Position numbers and translations under genes: made by a program. Below the pieces are notes generated by a model, which did not search any database, was not told the origin of the DNA, and saw only the letters and a program-made list of their open reading frames with translations. A stretch of DNA of 64,000 nucleotides from Azolla caroliniana (taxonomy: Eukaryota; Plantae; Polypodiophyta), in NCBI GenBank assembly GCA_043228905.1, contig JBHGNT010000009.1, positions 3,100,001 through 3,164,000 of the forward strand, read 5' to 3'. Numbering within the stretch: position 1 is the first letter of the stretch; every line of letters starts with the position of its first letter. This document shows, piece after piece, positions 39,352-52,230 of this stretch.

Positions 39352-42318
39352 ATGATCTTGATAGAGCATTCGAGTAAGAACGTTCGACCTTTTGTGATTG
39401 TCGGTTACAGTTGTCAATTGTTGGTAGATCAACACAATATTTTGGCACCTTTTCTCTTTCTCTCTCTCTCTCTCACTCACTCTCACTCAACCCCCTTGGT
39501 ACGGGGGTGGAGCTATTCTTGGCTCCACCCCCCGCCCATCAACACGGCTTTAGGCCGATCCTATTGGCTCTCCATCCCATTCGGAGAGACCGGATTCTCA
39601 ACATGTTTTGTCTCCCATCGATGTTGTTTGCTTGGGGATCGGACTGGTGTTTACCCTATTGGTGGCAAACTGGGCGGAGGTAGTTGTCCAATACCTCCAA
39701 GCCGCTAACTCACTTAATGATATATGATTAGTACTAATATCTCTCTCACATCTCTCCCTTACTCTATAAGACACAGTGAAGACAAAGAATATGTTTTATT
39801 GAACACCCTCTTATTGAGAGGTCTAGCACCAACAAGGAGGAGAGATTACCTTTTATTTACTAAACCCTATTGCTAATCTCTCTTGAGCTTTTGATTACCA
39901 AAAGAAGAGCAGGCTTAGAGTTCTAATTGTTAGGAATATGTCCCTCCTATGGGAGGAGTCGGAAATCGAAGTCAAGGAAGAAGTTGGCAGTCGGATCAAA
40001 CAGCGAGTCGACTAGGAGAGTCGACATGCAGAGTCGACTATAATGGATAGATGGTCCAAGTCTAGACAGTCAACACAAGAGTCGATCAGTCAGTTGTTTA
40101 ACTATGATTATTATTATCTAATAGTAATAATAATAATAGTTATATTTATAAATAGCCCATACTATTTATGAGTATAAATACACCTAGGGAAAACATAAGT
40201 AGCGTTGAACACAACAAAGTGTGCGTGTACATAGTGCAATAGAGTTCGAGAGAGAGTAGGAAGAGAAAGGAGAGTGTGACTGTGAGCAGCACCATAGGTG
40301 TGTGAGACTAGACACTAAGAGCCCCGAGTGGCTAATAAACTCAGTATAGAAGATTGTTGTAACCTATTTTCTATATACATCTGTCAGAGTGAATCTCTAT
40401 TTCCACGCGGTTTTCTTCCCGCTTTAGGTTTCCACGTTAAATATTGTGTAGTGTGCATTTTGTGTATATTTTCTTTTTTCACGCTATCTATTTTTGTTCA
40501 TCTGTCTCAAGGATCTGCGGTCCTATCTCAATAATGGTATCAGAGCCTGAGGTGTAGAAATGGAAGGAGGTGTGTCCAGGTTCCCAGGTATGATAGTCCT
40601 AAACTCACATAATAACTTCGACTGGAAGATCAAAATGGAAGATCTTCTCATTGTCAAAGATCTGTATGAGCCCATCAACAGAGAAGAAATACCCACAGGG
40701 GTATTAGATTCTGAATGGAAACTCCTGAACAGGAAGGCGGTGGCCACCATCAAACTGTGTGTAGATGTGAGTGACCTTCAGCATGTGGCTAATGACACTA
40801 ATGCCTACGAGATGTGGCAGTAACAAGACATCTTTGATGAGAAAGATAGTTTCAAGGCTGAAGTACAGAGATGGTGAAAGCATAGTGGTACACATCAACA
40901 CATTCATGGGGTTAGTAAATCAAATTGCGGTAACAAAGTTTACCCTCGATGATGCTATACAGGCCCTATTGCTATTGTGTACACTGCCTCTCAGCACCTC
41001 GTGTTAAGAAGAAAACTTGTCTCTACAAGTGGTAAAGACAAGTATCTTGAACGAGGAGACAAGAAGGAAGGACAATGGTTTCTTGTCCCAGTCAGAGGCA
41101 AATGTGTTACAACATTCGGGCAAAGGAAGGAACAAACAAAGAAGTCTGCAAAGAAGGGACAAGTCCCATGCTAGATCCAAGTCCAGGGGTAAGCTTACAT
41201 GCTTCTATTGTGGAAAACATGGACACTTCCATAAGGACTTTCGACACCTTAAGAAGGAAAACGGTGTCTCAAAGGATGTCGAACCCATAAAGATTTTTGA
41301 GGAGAAGGGCACTTCAGCTGTTGCTACGAGCAAAGAAGAACTTTTGTTCATTTGTGAACATGCAAGTGCAAATCTTGCAAATGAAGAGTGCACCTTGGTG
41401 ATTGACTCCGGTGCATCATTCCATATAACTCCCTCGAGATAGTGCCTCTCATCTTACACAACCGGTGACTATGACTATGTAAAGAAGGGAGATAATGGAG
41501 AATGCAAGATAGCCAGCATTGGAAGTGTATGCCTGACAAAGTCGACTAGTTGTTGGTTGACCCTGAAGGATGTTCGATGCATGCCTTATATTAGGCTGAA
41601 TCTTATATCGACTGGAAGAATGGATGATGAAGGCTATAGTGGTAGCTTTCAAAATGGCAAGTGGAAGTTCTGTCAGGGAAATCTCATAGTAGCTTGATCA
41701 TAGAAACAAGACACATTGTATGTGATGCAAGCCAAGTTGTGCGAGGACGAAAGTGGCAGCCAACTCGAGTGGAGAGATATGGCACAAGAGGCTTGGCCAC
41801 ATGAGTGAGGAAGGCATGCATATCCTAGCCCGCCACCGCCGAAATAAACGACGAGATACATGACAAGGAGCTCTTAGCAATAGTAGACTCTTTTGTACAA
41901 TGGAGGCAGTTTTTTGAAGGATCTCCTCATCAAGTCACTATATTCAATGATCACAAGAATCTTGACTACTTCTAGAATGCTCACATATTAAATAGAAGAC
42001 AAGCTCAGTGGGCCCAATTCCTCACCTGTTTTGATTTCAAGATTACATATCGTTCGGGCAAGCAACAGGGGAAGGTGGATGCATTATCACGACGCTCATA
42101 TCTAGCTCCTCGTCCTAGTGATCCGGCCTTCGACAATGAAAAGCAAGTAATCTTGGGTCTGGCACGACTTCAAGCAATGTGGGTCTCCGACACTCCATTG
42201 GATTCCCACGTTATCGATACCATACGTGAAGATTTGAAGACGGATGTTTTCGCACAAGCTATTCTAGATCAAAGCGATCCTTCTCGAGCATCTTGTTCAC
42301 GATCACAACAACCAGGTA

Positions 42319-42504
42319 TGTTGTATGTTTTTAGGGTTAGGGATGACGATTATGATAGCATGATGATAATGATGGTTGTGATGATGGAGATAAGCATTAT
42401 GGAATTAATGATGACGGGATGAGCATTGAGAAGCATTGTGGGGTGGGGGCTGGTGCCTAGAATGGCTCCCACCCCCTCCCAAGGGGGTTCAACGTTAAGG
42501 GGGA

Positions 42505-42541
<37 letters not shown>

Positions 42542-42783
42542 GGTTATTCTATTCATTCATTCCCCATAAGGGGTTAAATAGGTACAAAAGGGTAGATACA
42601 CAAGGGTGCAAGCCCCTTGGGCATTCACACCTAGTCACTCACTCACACCTCTTTGTATCCACCACACTCACATTTACATTCACACTCATAATCGTATAAC
42701 ATTACACATACATATCAACACATTACATCTTTCACCCTCACTTATCACACTTATCAATCACACGTATGTCTCGCACAGTAACA
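42319..42783 (-). mobile_element. Solo LTR
   Basis: TGTTG..TAACA termini, TSD AGGTA both sides, interrupts pol of D; strand inferred from GA tract and motif orientation. Confidence 0.85.
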
Positions 42784-44976
42784 AGGTATAGATTATCAGC
42801 AATTTGAATGTCATAATGGAAATTTACTCTTCTTTAAGAAACTTTTGTATGTTCCCAATGGTTTGTGCTACGTTCGAATAGTACAAAACTGTCATGACAT
42901 ATACACCGCCAGACATTTTGGTAGTACTAAAACGTTGGATTTAGAACAACGATCATTTTGGTGGCCTCATATGCGAAGATTTATCGAAGACTATGTTCGG
43001 ACATGTGATACATGTTGTAGAGAGAAAATGTCGCGACATCATCCATATGGTTTGTTGGAGCCATTACCGATCCCAAGAAAACCATGGCAATCTTTTTCTC
43101 TCAATTTTATCACAGATCTTCTAGACTCAAGGGGCTTCAATGCAATCTTAACAAGGGTAGATTGATATACTAAGATGGCACATTTTGTGCCCTGTACTAA
43201 AGAAATCACTAGTGAAGAAACCGTTGGAATTGTTATGCATGAAGTATTTCAGCATCATGGTCTTCCCGAGAGTATCATCAGTGATCGTGGACCGCAATTC
43301 GTCTCTAAATTTTGAGAGCATCTCTTTAAAATGCTCAAGGTCACCAGCAATCTCTCCTCCAACTACCATCCCCAATTAGATGGACAAGCAGAACACACCA
43401 ATCAAATGCTAGAACAGTATCTTCGGTGTTTCCTAAGCTATCAACAAGATGATTGGGTAGATATTCTACACTTTGCTGAATTTGCTTATAATAATTCTAT
43501 CCACTCCTCTACTAGGGTTACACCATTCTACGCTTATATCGTCTATCATCCTCGCCGGTGTGTGTTAGAAACTCTTGATTTACCTACAAATCCTAGTGCA
43601 GAGGATCATTTGGAGCAGTTACGACAAATTCAGGCAGAAATATCTACCCACCTACATCGCGCCCAACAAACACAGAAGGACTATCCGGATTGTCATCGGC
43701 TTCCATCCTCTTTTAATATTGGAGATCGAGTATAGCTATTACGACGGCACATCAAGAATACTCGACCATGTGACAAACTAGATTATCGATGGTTAGGCCC
43801 TTTCGTATTAACGGAAAAATTAATGATATTAATTTTCGCCTTGATCTACCTTCACAACTACGGATACATTCAGTATTTCATAGTTCTCTCCTGGAACCCT
43901 ATGAAGACAGCACTATCCCAAATCGTATTACACCACCTCTATTACGGGCATGACCATATAATATCCCGTGGTGAGAATTTACCGTAGTATTCTATACGCG
44001 TGGATAAGTGTGAGGGTTAAACGAGAGTGTAAAGAAGGGGAGGATTACTTTTAATCCTCGGGATTGAGAAAAACCATTAGGCCAACTGTGAACTTGCCTG
44101 GGGGCCTTGGGTATCGCTATAAATATGAGGTCTAGCTACCCTCATTTCATCATCTCTTGACTACGTCGAGACTCTGTTCTTGTGGTGGGTCAACTCTTGT
44201 AGTGAGTGCGCCAGCATCAGGTACGACTCAACGTCACGGCGGTGGTATGGGATGCTGATCAAGGCTCGAGTCCATCTCGATCCCTTCGCTCGGGGGTGGT
44301 CGGGTGGATCGGCACCCTTCTTTCTCTCTCTCCTTTCTTATTTCATATATCTTATATCCTTATCATATGCTTACATTAGATCATAACTCTAACCGTTGGT
44401 ATCAAAGCTCATGTTTCTAATGTTTCTTTTGTTGGTTTTTGTTTTCTTCTTGATTGATGGTGATTGATCGGCGTGCGGTCAACCTTGATCCATATAACAA
44501 TCAACAAAGGAACTTCGGTAACTTTTCCTTCTTTTTTCTTATTCTTTCTTCTCCCAATCTAATCATGTATAGTCAATATGTGTTGTTTTTCATTCAGATT
44601 CAATGATGTTATAGTGGTAATTAATTGGTTGTATAAAACGTTTACATATGTGTATGAGGTCAATACCTCATTTGACATATATTTTATATGTGATTCGTGT
44701 CATATGCGTACGAGGTTAATACCTCACTTGCGTATTACGTTCACATACATATGTTATGTATGCGTATAAGCTCAATACCTCGATTTTTATGTAAATGATG
44801 TGTTTGGTGTCGTATGCATAAGAGGTCAATACCTCAATTGCATATTACGATTAACCCTTATTTTTGGATGTTTTGTGTGCGTAGAGGCGATATGCCTCGA
44901 TTACGTGTCTCGATTTCATCATATGTTGGCTATTTGATGTTACGATTATTCTTACTATACGCATATGTGGTCACGT

Positions 44977-45705
44977 TGTCGTGATGTTTTTCGCCCATGG
45001 TGAGAAAACCAAGCAGGATAGAGAAAACGGAGATGTGCAACATTGCACATGAACTTAGGGAAATTGTAACATAGGGACAAATAAGCAAATGTAAAGTGTA
45101 AGGAAATAAGGTGATCTACAAAGTTGTTAAGTGTGAATGTGATGTGCACTTTGTAGACTAGAGGGAGGTACATAGAGAATGAGTGTAAGAGTGATGGGCA
45201 TTGAGTAGGATGGCTAGAGGAGAGGGAGTTAAGGCCCATCAATCTCGAGATCGAGGCAAATATTCTCCTTTGAATGAAAAGGGGAATTGACCACTCCTAT
45301 TGTATTGTGCCTCACCCCTTACCATTATAAAAGGGAGTGAGGGATCCCTTTTGAGGGGTTGCCTATTTTGCGTATGAGAGGTATACCATTTAGTCTAGAG
45401 TTCTTACCGTTTTAGGGTTAGGGTTTCGTTTAGGGTTTCCTTATTCATCTTCGGTTAGGGTTTTCTTGTAGTCGTTTGGTGTGGCCCATGCGGCCACCAT
45501 TGTTGTAATCATTTGTTTGTTTTAATATAACTTGTTGAGTATCTTGCCTCCGCCGATCTCTCCTTCTATGTCATGATCTTATTCTTACCTCTTCTCCTCT
45601 TTAGCTAAGCTTCCATATCATATCTTATTCTTTCTCCTCTACTCCCTCATCCAAGACCCCTGTGGTCCCGCCCCTTTCTACACGCACACGTGTAACAACA
45701 TGACA
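44977..45705 (+). mobile_element. Solo LTR of the Trp-primed Gypsy group
   Basis: TGTCGTGA..TGACA, TSD ACGT both sides, 3' end matches LTR ends of A/F. Confidence 0.85.
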
Positions 45706-48700
45706 ACGTGTATATGTATTTGATCATATATGTGTGATAAATATACATATGTGTATAGTAGTTATTACATGATTTATATATCGAATGTTGTCCTTTTCGG
45801 GGAAAGGATCTTGGTGGTCGTCCTCACATTTTTGTGAGAATGGCATAATCACCATCCTTTTTTCAACAAATTTTTTTGTTGACATCCCCATTGGTCACTT
45901 CGATTTCATTACGTAACAAAATGCTCATAGCCACAATGATGTTGAGAACGTAGGGCTTGACCCACTTCATGTGAGGTTGATCCTAGGACACACATATCCA
46001 ACATCCCTCCCTCATTACATGGATACGATGCCACCATGAGATCATTCTTACGAAAGGCATTTGTTATGACGTAACCATGTGATGAGCCATGTGGGCCTAC
46101 TACGAAAAGAGGGCTCATTTGGCTTGACCATTAGGTTGCACTTTGGCATATGCCATTGTAATTATGAGACTTGAGGTTAGGTAACGTACCAACATAGTTT
46201 GTGGTAAACGAGAAGGAAATAAGGACTCTTGACAGATATGTTTCTTTTTTAAAAAACATATATGGGCAAATGCCTCGCATATCTCTTATACGCATATTAA
46301 AACATTAATTTAATATTCAACGTGAGCAACCTATTTGGTTAGCTTAAGTGTTTAATGCATTTGTTCTCGAGGTCTCGAGTTCAAATATGACCAAGACCAT
46401 ACAACATTGTGCATACATATGACTATATACATGTTTAGACTTTAGGTCTAACTGCACTTCGGGGACCTCGTAATAGGACTTACATAGCCAAAACCACATA
46501 TGTGGGCACCGAAACTTAGTTTATTGTTAACATTTTTTTCGTGTATAAACTTTTCATGACACGAACATACATGGTTGAGCCTCGGGGAGCCGCCATGAAA
46601 AAATCGATATAGAGATCAGGGAAAGACATTCATTTGTCACCCCCATGGTTTTTAAAACACCTTTGTGTTACCATAGGAACCTGATCTTGAACCTCATCTC
46701 ATACGTCTAGAGGGGTATTGACGTGAGATCATGATATCGATTAATGTTGGCCCATGATATGTTTACATCACGACTTAATGTTATGACTATTTGTCTGACC
46801 TTATCCTATTTCTTTGCCAGAAATAATCATTCAATGGCTCAGAATAACGACCCGATGTCATCCGCTCAAGCAGAAGGAACTCAAGGAAATCATCCTGGAC
46901 CGATGTCCATTGAGTCGTATTTTTTACAAATACAACATTTCCTTAGTTCAATCGTGCATCAGATGTCCAAACTTTGGCAATCTCAAAGTGCTTTGAGGCA
47001 CGTGTCATTAGTTTACAACGTGAGACTAATAGACTCGATGAGTGTTAGGGTGAACCATCATTTGTCGTAAAGCCATTTACGGGAGGAAAAAAGGAAAGAA
47101 CCGAAGAAGCAATCTACATGTGGCTAGGCCGATGGGAGTCTCATTTTGAGCTCTATCCCACGGCAGAGAGTACGAAAATTGCATATGTCGGCCAAAAACT
47201 ATGGGGTAAGGTCGCCGTCTGGTGGCGTGGGCTCTGAACTTTGGGGAAAATTTCATGATACCTAGACGAATTTTGTCACAGTTTTTAAGGTCCAATTTCT
47301 ACAACCTCCCTCTCGAACCAAGGCAACACAAGCTTTAATGAACCTCTCTAGCATGAAGCTTTCCTCGCTAGAAGACTATGTCCACCATGCTAGAACCCAA
47401 ATCCAAAAATCGGGTCTAGAAGGGGACAATTGGTTAATAGCTTGTTTTGTCAATGGCATCGCCAATTCAGACTATCACTAGATAGTGCACGATAAGATAT
47501 CAATGGATCTCCCGTACAATTTTTATTTGATTTGGGAAGCTCACACAATTTTGTGAATAATCGTTTGGTTCAGATATGGGGAATCCAACCCACCATAAGT
47601 GATCACACCTATAGGGTGCACTTGGTTGATGGAAGAGTACAATACATCAACAGGGTGATTCATTGATTAGGAATTTATATTGATACTTATATAGAGGAAG
47701 TAGACTTCCATGTGATGAATCTTTGTACCACTGATGTAATACTGGGTTATCCCTAGTTTTTTAATAAAAACTCTTCTTTATCTATTGATTGGGTTCATCA
47801 TTCAATTACTTTTGTATTGAACGATCGTACTCATTTTATTCAATGTGTTAAAAAACAATCTCTTTCGATTGTTTCCTCACCATCAATATCCAAGTTATCT
47901 TGTTCTACTTTATTTTATTGTGTACTTGATCCAGACATTCACGTTTACAATATCGATAATGTCTCGGTTCAATTATCATATTTTGAACAACAACAACTCA
48001 ATGAAATCTTAAATGATTTTCGTGATGTTTTTCTGAGTGAACTACCACATGGGTTACCTCCTAAACGTTGTCAAGGTATTCCTCGCGGATGCGTGGAATG
48101 AGGCGGAACCTCGGGGGTCCTGTACCAAAGAGCGAGAGAGGAAGGGGAAGAACCCTCTACGTGCGAGCGTAGATCCACAGGGACACGGCCCTTCGATGCA
48201 AAGACGCAAGTGGGACAGCGACACAGAAAGACACGAATGTATGTATGTATTAACAAAGACAAACAACAAGAACACGAAGACAACAAAACACGAAGTCGGT
48301 TACAACCGAACAAGCCGACGAACAGATGCCGATACCTGTTCGTAAACGCACAGAAAGACAGGAACAGGTTGGAGGTGCTGCCGGAAGCACTCGGGCATTC
48401 CTCAGAGCAGCGCGAGCCTCCCGAAACCTGCACAGAAGGAAGCTATGGAGTTTGCGAACCAGAGAGAGAGAGAGAAGCCTTCGCACGGAAACCGATAGCA
48501 CTTCGTCCTCGACTCTCCGCGATCCCCCTACCCTCCTCGTCTCCCTCCTTTTATAGGCAAGGAAGGAGCCATTTCCCCTTTACTCCCTACCTACCGAATC
48601 TACCTAGGATCTCCTACGTACAACTTAAGGCGCACGTGCATGAAGAGTCGGTTTCTACGCTCCGGCGCACGGATTCCGCTCGTGGACGGTTTTCTTCACG

Positions 48701-48776
48701 ACATCCGCCCCCACCTAACCGCGCATCCACCGGCATGCGCCAAATTGTGTTGGGACGGAAAAAACCGGTCCAGCCT

Positions 48777-51700
48777 TCATTCCCCGCCCATCGGTTCTTC
48801 CTCGGTTTCGGATCGTTCGTCGTCCCGGTCCAGGTTAACCGGATCCGGCTCGTTGTCGTGACGCTTCTTGAACGCTTTGATCCGCTTCCCAGCTACCGGT
48901 ATCGCTATTCTTTTGCCGTCGAGTTCCGCCAGATGGTACGTCCCGTTGTCGTTGGCGCTTTGTACCACGTAAGGCCCGAACCACCTTCTTGCGAACTTCC
49001 GTGTCGCTCGGTGCTGGTTGTCGAGGCTGCTGTCGTAGACTAGCACCCAGTCGCCTTCCTCGATCCTCTTCGGTCGGAGCCGGTGCGTTCGGTCGAACCG
49101 GGCTTTGTTCCTCGTCCTTGCCACTCGAAGCTTTCCCGCGGCCTGCTCCACGTCCTCCGGTCTTCGCTCGAGCTATCGTATGCGCGCCGCCAACAGTTCC
49201 TCTCGGCTCATCTCGTCTCTCTAGTCCACGGTTGCCCAAGAGGAGATCGTGCGTTCCATCGGCATGATCGGCTTCTGCCCAAACATCAGCTCTGCCGGCA
49301 TGAATCTGGTTACCGAACTGTGCGTAGTTCGGTCCGCCCACAACACGTAAGGCAACAGCCGCGGCCAGCTCCCGACTTGACCTCCGCATGCCCGAACCAA
49401 CGCCTTGACGATCGGTCCGTGTCCGCGCTCCACCTTCCCATTCGCCTCCGAATTGTATGCAGCGGTAAGCGAGAGCTTGACTCCTAGCCGGTCGAACAAC
49501 TCCTCGGCCTCTTCAGCGTCCAACTCCCCGCGATCAGCCACGATCTTCCCGACGCACCCGTACCGGCATATTACGTCCTCTATCAGGAACCGAAACACGG
49601 CCGCGGTCGATTTGTTCTGAAGGGCTCGGCCTTCTACCTGGTTCGTCAGATCTTCCCGAGCTAGGACCAGATACCGCATCTGTCCTACTCCCATTGGCAT
49701 CGTCACCAGATCCACCATCCATTTGAAGTGGATGGTCGGAGGGTACGTAGGGTGAAGCTCGTCCCGATGTCAGACTATGGAGTGCATCTGACAGCTCTCG
49801 CAAGTTGTCACGAACCGATGCACGTCCCGGTACAGCCCCGGCCACCAATACTTCCCCTTTATCTTCTCGAACGTGGCCCACGTTCCACGGTGTCCAGCCC
49901 AAGGGCTGTCGTGGTAGGCCGTCAGCAGCTCCTCCTATTCTTCCTTCATCGCTACCACCCGGAGCGGGACGCCGTTCCTCTTCTTCGGGTGCTTCCATAA
50001 GTATCCGTCCCGGAGAAAGAATCGGTATGCTTTCTTCCGGATCCGGTTTGCCTCGTCCCTCGTCCATGACGCATCCGGCGTCATCGTCCTCAAAAACCCA
50101 CCGATCTGGAGCCACTCGCCGTCGTACTTGCTCTCGTCGAAGTCGTTAAGTGCCGGAGTGCTCGTCCCATCGGCCGTTATGTATGCTGCCTCGAAGAAGT
50201 CCACGCCGACTTCTTCGTCCTCCGAAACCATGTCGCCCTCGTCATCAAACCTTGCCCTCGAAAGCATGTCGGCCATGGCGTTGTCCTTTCCGGAAATGTG
50301 CCGTATTTCCGAGTCCAGGGACTTGATGTACGCTATCCACCAGAGCATCGCCAGGTCCGGTGTCGCGCATCCGGAAACCATGCCGAGAATCGGCAGGCAA
50401 TCCGTCTCGATAACCACTTCTGTCCCGATCAGGTAATCTTTGTCGGCCTTTACTGCCGAAACGATACCCCAGAGTTCGCGTTTAACCTGGGCGTACCCTC
50501 GCTGTCGTTCACTGAGGACCTTAGCGCCGAATCGGATCGGGAACCGGGTGCCGTCCCCGTCTTCTTGGTTGACGACCCATCCGATCCCGGTCGGACTCGT
50601 ATCCACCGTTATGTATACTGGGGTACCCTTCTCGTAGACAGCCTTCCGGAGCGCCGGTGCTGCCGCAAGAGCTTCCTTCAGCTTCCGGACTGACTCCGTG
50701 TGCTCGTCTCGCCACTCGAATTTTCGCCCTTTCTTCAGCAACCCGTATAGCGGCTCCGCAACGTGGGCGTAATGAGGGATCCATATGTGGTAGAACGCGC
50801 ATGCCCCTAGGAACCTCCGAACTTCCGTAACCGAGCTACAATCGGTCTTCATCGCGGAGATGGCTTCTACCTTTGCCGGAGACGGCTTCCGGCCATAAGG
50901 TCCACATAGGTGTCCGACCACCATGATTTCCGATTGCCCGAAGGACGATTTCTCCCCGGAGAAGGTGAGCCTCGCATCCTCTAGCCTCTGTAGCACCTTC
51001 TCGCAGTCGTCGATGTGTGTCGCCACGAATCGCCGGCATCCGTCCGGCCCGACTGTCTCGTCCTTCTCCTCCACCGGGCACCCTTTGATAGGGATGTCGT
51101 CTAGAAACGGCATGGTGATGTCCGGGATGCAATCCCTCAGTACCTTGTTCATTGCATTCACCATGTGGGCCACCGAGTTGGTCCCTCCTTGTGGCAGGGT
51201 ACACATTCGCACTAGGCCGAGGGGAGTTCGCATCGTCGTAATATCTCTGCTCTCCACGGCTAGCTGGAATTGGTCGTACCCCGAGTACAGATCACCGATC
51301 GAGTAAATCGACCTTCCGGCGAAGGCCTCCGCGAACTCGTCTATGGTCGGTCCGATTCCTGCGTTCCGAATGGTCACTCTGTTGACCGGCTGTAGGTCTT
51401 GAATGAAGCGCAACGTTCTGTTTTTCTTTGGTACGGTAAACCATCGGTTCGAGTATGGGGCACTCGACGGTTCGAGAATGCCCATATCGATTTTCTGCCT
51501 CAGTAGCTCCATCAACTCCGGGATGTGAGCTCTTGGTACCGGAATCGGCTTGAGATTCCACGGCACATGCGGTACCGTGAATATCACCATCGGCTCCACG
51601 ATTGTCGGGTCTACGCACCCGATCTCTTCCGGTGAGAATGCGAAGGCTTTCCCGTGCCTTCCGAGCATCCTCCGAAACCGGTCTTCCTCCGCCGGCAGTA

Positions 51701-52230
51701 GGAAGGTGTGTCCTATGCAGGCCGGATCTCGTAAACTGGGGTCCGACACAACCCCTCTGACCGGGACTCGCTGCCCTCCGGTAAGGGTGCCGCGACCGGC
51801 CTTACCTTCCGATCCACAGTCTTGTACTTCGTGCTAACTCGGACCATCCGATCCGACTCGAGCCCCTGACCGAAGTCCACGATGACTTCGTACATCTCTT
51901 CGGAACATACCGGTATCGTCCGGTCTTCGTTAAGGTCTTCTCCAGCTACCTTCCTCAGCATCCCCAAGGTGTCGTCGAAGGAGACCGCCTCCGCGGCTCT
52001 GCTGATTTCCTCGTCCGGGCCGAGAACTCCACACGCTCGAAGTCGCACTTCCGCCCTTGTCTTTTCTCGCCCAACGATGCCGACTATCATGCACCCTCCG
52101 TTGCCGGAGAAGCAGAATTTTCTACCTATCGTACAAGGTTTCTTCGGTTTCGGTTCTATCGTACAGCTGTGGGGTCTTTCCCGAGTGTCCGGACTGTCTC
52201 GGCCCCACGCCTTGGCAGCCCTCTCTAAAA
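48777..52230 (-). pseudogene. pol: pol of element B
   Basis: ORFs 51713-52090, 49935-51749 (RT/RNase H), 49221-49718 and 48777-49151 (IN). Confidence 0.9.

Noticed and set aside
45405-45465. Telomere-like TTAGGG/TAGGGTT motifs
   Set aside because: A few dispersed telo-box-like motifs inside an LTR, not a tandem array.
48210-49043. 277-aa plus-strand ORF
   Set aside because: Antisense to B's LTR and integrase end in GC-rich DNA; no domain recognisable.
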